Assembly: GCA_019694955.1 (NCBI GenBank)
Contig: JAIBAX010000001.1
Location: forward strand, 109,852 to 173,851
Source of the DNA: Chitinophagales bacterium
GTDB lineage: Bacteria > Bacteroidota > Bacteroidia > Chitinophagales > JADIYW01
Direction of reading: 5' to 3'
DNA: 64,000 nucleotides
Shown here piece by piece: positions 53,975 through 61,588 of the stretch. The notes under the pieces were generated by a model that searched no databases, was not told where the DNA came from, and saw only the letters and a program-made list of their open reading frames with translations. Made by a program: the position numbers and the translations under genes. Every line of letters begins with the position of its first letter. Within the stretch, counting starts at the first letter, position 1.

Positions 53975-54627
53975 ACGAGGTTGTGCTTATATGCATATTT
54001 TAATAAAGCAGCCGTATTTTTTACGTTTAATTTGCTCAGTAAATTCTTGCGATGTGTTTCAACCGTATTCTTGCTGATATACAGGCGATTTGAAATTTCC
54101 TGACTGGTTAATCCTAATGCAATTAACTGTAATATTTCCAGTTCTCTTGTGGTAATGTTTTCCACTAGTTTAGCATCTTCAGCGTCGTCTTTTTCTTCAT
54201 CGCTGCCTGCCATTGCTTGTATCATCTTTTCTTGAACATTTGGGTCAAGGTAAGGTTTGCCGGAAATTACTGTATCCAACGCTTTCAGTAAGTCCTCTCT
54301 GGAAATATTTTTTAATATATATCCTCTCGCACCAATTTCAAGCAATTCCTTGATCAACCGTAGTTCATTATACATCGTTAACATAATCACCTTGATACCC
54401 GGAAACTTATCTTTTAATATCTTCATGGTATCAACGCCATTGAGAATGGGCATATTGATGTCTAATAAGATAATATCCGGTTGTGCAGTAGGTATTTTGT
54501 CAAGTGCAGCCTGACCATTATTGGCGGTATCCACCACTTCATAGCCTTCTACACCTTTTAATAATGCGATGAGACCGTTGATGAAAATAGGGTGATCATC
54601 TACTACCAATATTTTTGTATTATTCAT
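53971..54627 (-). CDS. NarL/FixJ (LuxR-type) response regulator
   Basis: Receiver domain (ILVVDDHPIF, IILLDINMP, MLTMY, GYILKN) and C-terminal LuxR HTH (TTRELEILQLIALGLTSQEISNRLYISKNTVETHRKNL). No adjacent kinase. Confidence 0.85.
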   Translation of the reverse strand: MNNTKILVVDDHPIFINGLIALLKGVEGYEVVDTANNGQAALDKIPTAQPDIILLDINMPILNGVDTMKILKDKFPGIKVIMLTMYNELRLIKELLEIGARGYILKNISREDLLKALDTVISGKPYLDPNVQEKMIQAMAGSDEEKDDAEDAKLVENITTRELEILQLIALGLTSQEISNRLYISKNTVETHRKNLLSKLNVKNTAALLKYAYKHNLV

Positions 54628-54734
54628 ATTAGTTATTCAATTAATTCAACAAAGGTACATATGTTTTTGTATGCCTGAAAATTCTGTTATCCACATCAAC
54701 CAATTTTTTGTTTTTTTAACTTGTTAAGTGCGTT

Positions 54735-55073
54735 TTACAAGAAATGTAAGAATGCCCAATGCTTTCTTTTGTTCAAATACTGCAAGTCTTCATCATTTTC
54801 GTATGCTTCATTTTCAAAACTGATACGCTTATAGGCCATTTCCCAATTGCGTAGCAAAATCAATCTAATAGTAAATTCAACCAAGTACCATATATAGAAC
54901 AATATAACGCCTGTTTCTATCTGTTGCCTTAGGTGAATTTTTTCATGATTGACGAGCGTATCATTTTTCAGGTACTTTTCATCTGATAAGAGTATCCAAG
55001 GGTAAATAGTAATCCCTGCAATTTTATTGCTAAATGTGAGAAACTTGATAATTTTCGGCGCAATAACAATCAT
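54735..55073 (-). CDS. hypothetical protein with HExxH motif
   Basis: 112 aa. HEKIHLRQQIE contains an HExxH-like motif followed by a hydrophobic helix. The function is not assignable. Confidence 0.45.
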   Translation of the reverse strand: MIVIAPKIIKFLTFSNKIAGITIYPWILLSDEKYLKNDTLVNHEKIHLRQQIETGVILFYIWYLVEFTIRLILLRNWEMAYKRISFENEAYENDEDLQYLNKRKHWAFLHFL

Positions 55074-55108
55074 GGATAAAAATAAAGTCTCGTTAATATC
55101 AATTTAAA

Positions 55109-55116
55109 TACCTTTG
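55109..55116 (+). promoter_or_regulatory. -7 promoter box TACCTTTG
   Basis: Matches TAnnTTTG, 30 nt upstream of ATG 55146. Confidence 0.4.
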
Positions 55117-55145
55117 CACAAATATGGCAATTTTCAGACCAATTT

Positions 55146-56297
55146 ATGGAAAAAAAATATGATTTAGTCGTGTATGGCGCAACAGGATTCACAGGCGGAC
55201 TTGTGGCAGAATATCTTTCACAAAACGTAGATGCTACTGTTTTCAAATGGGCGATTGCCGGGCGTAATGAGGAGAAACTTCAGGCTGTGAAAAGTAGCAT
55301 TACAGCATTAAATCCGGCTTCTGCTGATATTGGTATTATTGTAGCGGATTCTTCTGATTTAGCGAGCCTGCGTTTTATGGCTAAACAAGCAAAAGCCGTT
55401 ATCACCACTGCGGGACCTTTTATGGAATATGGGGAGCCGGTTGTACAGGCTTGTATTGCAGAAGGTACTCATTATCTTGATATTACCGGAGAACCTGCTT
55501 ATGTACAAAATATTTTGAGAAATTATGATGCCATGGCAAAAGAAGCTGGCGTTTTAATTATTAATTGTTGTGGTTTTGATAGCATTCCCGCGGATTTAGG
55601 TGCATATTTTACGGCAAAACAACTTCAAGGTGAAGACAATATTCACGTAGATGGTTATGTGTTTTCTAATGGAACTTTTAGTGGAGGCACTTGGACATCT
55701 GCAATTAAGGCGTTTGCAGATATTTCAAAAGCCACTGGATCGTCTGAAGGGAATGGATCTTCTAAGAAAGTCAAGCAACCGTTCCTGCAAAAAGTGAAAG
55801 AAACAGGGAAGTGGGCGTTGCCGATGCCAGTTATTGACCCATGGATGGTGAAAAGAAGTGCAAAAGCAAGAAAAGATATCTATGGTAACATGTTCTCTTA
55901 TAACCAATATATCTCTTTGCCTGATTTCGGTTCAGTAGTAGGTTTGCTGGGCGGTGTTGGCGTGGTTGTCTTAGGGGCGCAACTGAAATTTACTCGAGAA
56001 CTATTGCTTAATTACCGTAAGTCTGGCGAAGGACCTTCTCCGGAAAGACGTGCAAAGAGTTTCTTTAAATTAACGTTTGTCGGAAAAAGTCATTCAAGAA
56101 AAGTTATTACTACCGTAAGTGGTGGCGACCCCGGCTATACGGAGACTTCCAAGATGATTGCAGAATCGGCTTTGACACTGTTGAGTAATTATAATCAGCT
56201 AAGTGTGCAATCTGGTGTAACTACCCCTGCAGCAGCCTTAGGAGATTTTCTTATAGCAGCATTACAAAAAAAGGGAATTAAATTTGAAGTAAAATAA
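55146..56297 (+). CDS. saccharopine dehydrogenase-like oxidoreductase
   Basis: YDLVVYGATGFTGGLVAEYL Rossmann motif, TAGPF, GFDSIPAD motifs of the saccharopine dehydrogenase / trans-acting enoyl reductase family. Confidence 0.8.
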   Translation: MEKKYDLVVYGATGFTGGLVAEYLSQNVDATVFKWAIAGRNEEKLQAVKSSITALNPASADIGIIVADSSDLASLRFMAKQAKAVITTAGPFMEYGEPVVQACIAEGTHYLDITGEPAYVQNILRNYDAMAKEAGVLIINCCGFDSIPADLGAYFTAKQLQGEDNIHVDGYVFSNGTFSGGTWTSAIKAFADISKATGSSEGNGSSKKVKQPFLQKVKETGKWALPMPVIDPWMVKRSAKARKDIYGNMFSYNQYISLPDFGSVVGLLGGVGVVVLGAQLKFTRELLLNYRKSGEGPSPERRAKSFFKLTFVGKSHSRKVITTVSGGDPGYTETSKMIAESALTLLSNYNQLSVQSGVTTPAAALGDFLIAALQKKGIKFEVK

Positions 56298-56306
56298 TCA
56301 AAAATT

Positions 56307-56969
56307 ATGGGTAATATTTTTATCGAGTTATTAACGAATACTAAGGATACATTAGACTATCTAATGCAAAACTATGGTACATTATTATACGGCGTGTTGT
56401 TCCTTATCGTATTTGCTGAAACAGGATTTGTTGTAACACCTTTTTTACCTGGAGATTCGATGCTTTTTGCGGCTGGGATGCTCGCTGCGACGTCAGATGG
56501 TGTGATTAGTCCTTGGTTGATTATATTGGTATGCGTTGCGGCAGGTTTTCTCGGGAACATGGTCAATTATAAGATAGGGTCATTTATTGGACCAAAGATA
56601 TTTGAACAAGAGAAGATACGTTTTATTAAGAAAGAATACTTGGTGAAAACACACGAGTTTTATGAAAAGCATGGCGCTTTGGCAATCATAATAGGACGCT
56701 TTCTTCCATTTATTAGAACTTTTGTACCGTTTGTTGCCGGAATTGGACAAATGGATTGGAAGAAATTCTCCTTGTATAACTTGGTGGGTGCTATTGCATG
56801 GATAATACCATTTACATTAGCAGGATATTTCTTAGGAGAGATTCCTTTTGTGGAGCGAAATTTTGAAAAAATCATGTTGTCAATTATATTTATAACCGTG
56901 TTGCCTACATTTGTTGGTATTTTCAATCAATGGAGAAACAGTAGAAAAACAAAACAAAGTCTATCGTAA
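56307..56969 (+). CDS. DedA family membrane protein
   Basis: VTPFLPGDSMLFAAG and GRFLPFIRTFVPFVAG motifs of the DedA/VTT domain. Confidence 0.85.
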   Translation: MGNIFIELLTNTKDTLDYLMQNYGTLLYGVLFLIVFAETGFVVTPFLPGDSMLFAAGMLAATSDGVISPWLIILVCVAAGFLGNMVNYKIGSFIGPKIFEQEKIRFIKKEYLVKTHEFYEKHGALAIIIGRFLPFIRTFVPFVAGIGQMDWKKFSLYNLVGAIAWIIPFTLAGYFLGEIPFVERNFEKIMLSIIFITVLPTFVGIFNQWRNSRKTKQSLS

Positions 56970-58105
56970 TGAATAAGCCTGATCATTTAATTGTAAAAAC
57001 CCTGATGGGTTTAGAACCAGTATTAGCCCAAGAATTAGAACAAATAGGCGCCACAGGAATTGAGATATTGAATCGTGCCGTGAAGGTGGATTATGATAAG
57101 AAATTGCTGTACAAAGCAAATTTAGCGTTGAGAACTGCGTTGAGGATATTGGTTCCCATAACTACATTTACTGCGCAAACCGATGACCAGTTGTACAAAG
57201 GAGCCATGCAGGTGAATTGGACAGAATTCTTTGAACTCAATAAAACATTTTCTGTAAAAGCAGATATTAAAACGACCTATTTCAAACACTCCAATTTTGT
57301 TTCCATACGGGTTAAAGATGCTATCGTTGATAGATTTAGAGATGAAATAAAATTGCGCCCAAATGTTGATCCAAAAGAACCACAGATACAGTTTTATGTA
57401 TTAATGGGGCAAGATAAAGTGACTATATATATGGATAGTTCGGGGGAGTCGCTGCATAAGCGTGGATACAAAGTACGTCATACTAAAGCTCCCGTTAGTG
57501 AAGTATTGGCGGCGGGCATGATTCTATTAACGGGCTGGGACGGCAGTCAAACACTTGTTGACGGAATGTGCGGTAGTGGTACCATCTTATGTGAGGCAGG
57601 TATGATTGCATTGAATAAAGCACCTAATCTCAAAAGACGCAATTTCTGTTTTAAGAATTGGAAAGACTTTGAACCTAAATTATTAAAAGAAGTAACAGAC
57701 GAATTGAAGACCGCCGAAAAGGAAGAAAGCGACGGTTGGATTTATGGTTACGATATCTCAGGGAATGCCATCATTTCCGCCAGCGAGAATATTACTGGCT
57801 TAGAATTGGATGATAGTGTAAAGCTGAAGAAGATAGATTTTATTAGCACACATGCTCCCAAAGATCATGCAATAGTTATCTTAAATCCGCCATATGGTGC
57901 CAGGCTGCAAGTAGATGAAATAGAAAATTTGTATAGGGAAATAGGCAATACCTTAAAGCATAAGTATAAAACCTGTTCGGCATGGATAATTTCTTCAAAT
58001 GCAGAAGCTATGAAGCATGTTGGGTTGAAAACCAACAAGAAATTACATTTAATGAATGGGGAATTGGAATGTGCTTATAATAGGTATGATATTTTAGAAG
58101 ATTAG
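56969..58105 (+). CDS. THUMP-domain class I SAM-dependent RNA methyltransferase (RlmL N-terminal-half-like)
   Basis: THUMP region followed by the methyltransferase motifs DGMCGSGTI and NPPYG, as in the m2G2445 half of RlmKL. The start overlaps the upstream stop (TAATG). Confidence 0.85.
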   Translation: MNKPDHLIVKTLMGLEPVLAQELEQIGATGIEILNRAVKVDYDKKLLYKANLALRTALRILVPITTFTAQTDDQLYKGAMQVNWTEFFELNKTFSVKADIKTTYFKHSNFVSIRVKDAIVDRFRDEIKLRPNVDPKEPQIQFYVLMGQDKVTIYMDSSGESLHKRGYKVRHTKAPVSEVLAAGMILLTGWDGSQTLVDGMCGSGTILCEAGMIALNKAPNLKRRNFCFKNWKDFEPKLLKEVTDELKTAEKEESDGWIYGYDISGNAIISASENITGLELDDSVKLKKIDFISTHAPKDHAIVILNPPYGARLQVDEIENLYREIGNTLKHKYKTCSAWIISSNAEAMKHVGLKTNKKLHLMNGELECAYNRYDILED

Positions 58106-58120
58106 CACTTCAGGACATGT

Positions 58121-58744
58121 ATGGTGCGCTTGTCAGAACAGAATTTTAGGTTTTATTGTGATGAACTCTGTCGTACTGACGTTAGTTTTCTTTCTATTAA
58201 GGAAAAATATGGATATCCAACCTTTTGGAAACGCAATGAAGGTTATGTGTCACTAATACAAATTATTTTAGAACAACAGGTGTCTCTTGCTTCTGCTAAG
58301 GCGCATTTTATTAAATTACAGCAAAATGCTATCTCCATAACACCGGAAAACCTTGTGGGTTGGTCTGATGATACATTCTTTAAATGCCAAGTGAGCCGTC
58401 AGAAAGCATCGTATATCAGGGATTTATCCAAGGCTATTTTGGAGGAAAGACTGATATTGGAAAGCCTTTCTTCAATGTCTGATGAAGAGGTCATTTCCTT
58501 ATTGACAGCAATAAAAGGAATAGGGAAGTGGACGGCAGATATTTATCTGATGTTTTGCCTGAATAGACCGGATAGATTTCCCGTTGGAGATATTGCATTG
58601 ATGCATTCATTACAACAATGTTTCCATTTATCGACACCTGAAAGTTTTTCGGCACGCATTGCATCATGGTCACCATTTCGAACAATAGCGGCTTACTTTT
58701 TATGGTGGGAATATTTGAATAGAAAGAATAGAGTAGAGATATAG
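58121..58744 (+). CDS. DNA-3-methyladenine glycosylase II family (HhH-GPD, AlkA-like)
   Basis: QQVSLASA, IKGIGKWTADIYLMF (HhH) and the catalytic Asp context FPVGDIAL. Confidence 0.8.
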   Translation: MVRLSEQNFRFYCDELCRTDVSFLSIKEKYGYPTFWKRNEGYVSLIQIILEQQVSLASAKAHFIKLQQNAISITPENLVGWSDDTFFKCQVSRQKASYIRDLSKAILEERLILESLSSMSDEEVISLLTAIKGIGKWTADIYLMFCLNRPDRFPVGDIALMHSLQQCFHLSTPESFSARIASWSPFRTIAAYFLWWEYLNRKNRVEI

Positions 58745-58775
58745 AAAATATTTGTTTCAGCAAAGAAACGAAGTG

Positions 58776-59234
58776 TCATGATATTAAACTGAATGCCGAA
58801 ACCAACATTCCTAAAACAAACATTGCAATATAAATGATGCCAAATATTCCATAAAATCTAAAAAAGGAACGCAAATTCTTTATGGAAATTTCTAATTTCT
58901 CGGGATCATTGAAAGTAGTGAAATCTAACCCATTTTTAGCAAACATATATAGCCTGTATACAGGATAGGTGAAAATAGCAGCAAAAATGAGATATAATCC
59001 ACCCACAAAACTTACCCCCATGCCTCCCATATTATTAAAGGATTCTGCTAGAGAGCCTATTCCTATTATAAAAAATATAGCTAGGATAACGATAAACCCA
59101 ATAAGCACAAATCCTAAAATGGCTAAGAATCTCGCCCATTTAGCAGCTTCTTGAAGATATTGCTTGGTGTTTTCTGATATTCCGATATCACCCCTATCAA
59201 ATGAGTTATTGTCTAGGATAGCCTGTTCTTCCAT
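58776..59234 (-). CDS. DUF5362-like small membrane protein (paralog 3)
   Basis: Acidic N-terminus, AKWARFLAILG motif, hydrophobic helices and FRFYGIFG motif. Paralogous to 49558..49992 and 50002..50403. Confidence 0.55.
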   Translation of the reverse strand: MEEQAILDNNSFDRGDIGISENTKQYLQEAAKWARFLAILGFVLIGFIVILAIFFIIGIGSLAESFNNMGGMGVSFVGGLYLIFAAIFTYPVYRLYMFAKNGLDFTTFNDPEKLEISIKNLRSFFRFYGIFGIIYIAMFVLGMLVSAFSLIS

Positions 59235-59251
59235 AATGGTAATTTTGTATG

Positions 59252-61375
59252 TTAAAGAAATAATTCTCCTTTTGCGGCCTTTTCCTTAATTAACGGTGGG
59301 CAGTTGAATCTTTCCCCATATTTTGCAGCGAGTTCATCTGCTCTTTTGGCAAAATTGATTAAACCAACGGCGTTAATAAATTGTAGCGTTCCACCATGGA
59401 ATGGAGCGAATCCCCACCCAAAAATGGAACCAATATTACCATCAGCAACGCTGCTGAAAACGCCTTCTTCAATACATCTGACAGTCTCGATAGATTGGAT
59501 ATACAACATTCTATCTATCATTTCTTGCTGATCTACTTGTGTGCTTAGTGGGAAAATGTTTGTCAACGCTGGGTATAAAAATTTCTTTCCATCCTTGGGA
59601 TATTCATAAAATCCGGCTCCGGCAGCCTTGCCCGGTCTGTTGATGGCTAACATTTTTTCACATACGGCAAAGCCCGGGTGATTGGGTGCTGATTTGCCTT
59701 CAGCGGCTAAATCTTTTTCCGTTTGCTTACGGATATGATCCATTAATTTTAGACTCACTTCGTCGGTTAATGCCAAAGGCCCTACCGGCATGCCTGCTTT
59801 TAATCCGGCACTTTCAATAGCTTTAGGATGTTGCCCTTCGCCGAGTAGGGCAATTCCTTCCATGACATATGTTGAAAATACCCTAGAGGTATAAAATCCA
59901 CGGCTGTCATTCACTACTATGGGTGTTTTTTTAATTTGTAATACATAATCAAAGGCTTTAGCTAGTGTAGCTTGATCTGTTTGTTCACCACAAATGATTT
60001 CTACTAACGGCATTTTATCTACTGGAGAGAAAAAGTGCAAGCCAATAAATTGTTTTGGTCGGACGGACGCTTGTGCTAGTCCGGTGATAGGTAGGGTAGA
60101 AGTGTTTGACGCAAATGTTCCTTCGGTCAGCATGGTTGTTTCTGCTTCTTGCGTTACCTTGGCTTTCAATGCTCTATCTTCGAAAACAGCTTCTATGATT
60201 AAATCACAACCTTGAAAATTTGGCTGATCAGTTGTGTGAATATTGCTTAAAATTTGTTCCGCCTTTTCTTTGGTCATTTTTCCTTTGGTAATGCTTTTTT
60301 TGAGCAATCCTTCGGAATAGGCTTTTCCTTTTTCTGCGGCTTCTATTGTAACGTCCTTTAAAATGACTTCCATTCCTGCCAGTGCAGAAACATAGGCTAT
60401 GCCGGCGCCCATCATTCCGGCACCCAATACACCTACTTTTTTAGTAGTGTATTTTTCATAACCTTCAGGGCGAGAACCTCCGGCATTGATGGCATTTAAG
60501 TTGTACCAAAAGGCAGTAATCATGTTTTTAGAAACCTGACCTATTGCTAAAGAAGTAAAATAGCGTGATTCTATTCTGCACGCAGTATCAAAGTCAACAA
60601 CCGAGCCTTCAACAGCGGTGTTTATAATGGCTTCGACTGCCGGATAATTGCCATAAGTTTTTTTCTTTGTCATCGCCGGAACAATCGGAATCATGCTGGC
60701 AACTTTCGGGTTTTTGGCATCCCCACCGGGGAATTTAAAGGCTTTGTCATCCCAAGGATTGATGGCTTTAGGATTGGCTTTAATCCAAGCTTTTGCTTTT
60801 TCTAACATTTCTTCTGATGTCTCGGCTATTTCATTGATCATTCCGGCAGATAGTGCTTCATTTACTTTTAGCCTTTTTCCTTCTGTTAAGTAAGGTAAAG
60901 CGGGTTGGAGACCTATCATTCTTGTTAACCTAATGATTCCACCACCTCCGGGTAATAAGCCTAAGCCGACTTCAGGAAGTCCGAACTGCGCCTTAGGATT
61001 GTTGAGGGCAATTCTGTAATGGCAGGCGAGGGCAATTTCCAGTCCACCGCCTAATGCAGCACCATTGAGCGCTGCAACCACAGGCTTTCCGAGCGTCTCG
61101 AGTCTTCTCAATTGCGCTTTCAGTCCTTCGCACATCTCAAAGATAGCTTTTGGATCTGTTTGTTTATATAGATTGTCGATATCGGCGCCGGCAAAAAATG
61201 TTGATTTAGAAGAGGTTAGGATTACACCTATAATCTCATTCTTCTCTCTTTCCAATCTTTCAATCATTTCCAGCCAAAGTTTGGCAAAATCTTCATTGAT
61301 AACATTGGCAGACCTGCCTTGCATGTCCATAGAAATGGTAACGATATTGTCAGAATCTTTTGAATAGTGGAACAT
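59252..61375 (-). CDS. bifunctional enoyl-CoA hydratase / 3-hydroxyacyl-CoA dehydrogenase (FadB/FadJ-like)
   Basis: N-terminal crotonase fold (FFAGADI, ALNGAALGGGLEIALAC), central Rossmann motif VGVLGAGMMGAGIA, C-terminal 3HCDH domains. Confidence 0.9.
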   Translation of the reverse strand: MFHYSKDSDNIVTISMDMQGRSANVINEDFAKLWLEMIERLEREKNEIIGVILTSSKSTFFAGADIDNLYKQTDPKAIFEMCEGLKAQLRRLETLGKPVVAALNGAALGGGLEIALACHYRIALNNPKAQFGLPEVGLGLLPGGGGIIRLTRMIGLQPALPYLTEGKRLKVNEALSAGMINEIAETSEEMLEKAKAWIKANPKAINPWDDKAFKFPGGDAKNPKVASMIPIVPAMTKKKTYGNYPAVEAIINTAVEGSVVDFDTACRIESRYFTSLAIGQVSKNMITAFWYNLNAINAGGSRPEGYEKYTTKKVGVLGAGMMGAGIAYVSALAGMEVILKDVTIEAAEKGKAYSEGLLKKSITKGKMTKEKAEQILSNIHTTDQPNFQGCDLIIEAVFEDRALKAKVTQEAETTMLTEGTFASNTSTLPITGLAQASVRPKQFIGLHFFSPVDKMPLVEIICGEQTDQATLAKAFDYVLQIKKTPIVVNDSRGFYTSRVFSTYVMEGIALLGEGQHPKAIESAGLKAGMPVGPLALTDEVSLKLMDHIRKQTEKDLAAEGKSAPNHPGFAVCEKMLAINRPGKAAGAGFYEYPKDGKKFLYPALTNIFPLSTQVDQQEMIDRMLYIQSIETVRCIEEGVFSSVADGNIGSIFGWGFAPFHGGTLQFINAVGLINFAKRADELAAKYGERFNCPPLIKEKAAKGELFL

Positions 61376-61524
61376 AAAACTTTTATTATTAAGACAAATG
61401 TAAGAAAAAATTATATTCTCGAAGTAAACAAATAGCAGTATCTGTAAAGAAGTTATGGTGTAAGCATTTTTGTCCTATGTAGTTATAGTTTGCTTTTCAA
61501 TCATTGTGATGTGGGTTGAAAAAT

Positions 61525-61560
61525 AAAAGGAGCTATCCAAATAGATAACTCCTTTTATTT
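61525..61560 (-). terminator. intrinsic terminator after the FN3/PPC gene
   Basis: 13-bp stem with one mismatch (AAAAGGAGCTATC / GATAACTCCTTTT) and a 6-nt loop. On the minus strand it is followed by ATTTTTC. Confidence 0.6.
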
Positions 61561-61588
61561 TGTTTAGCACCAAATTAATTAAACATTG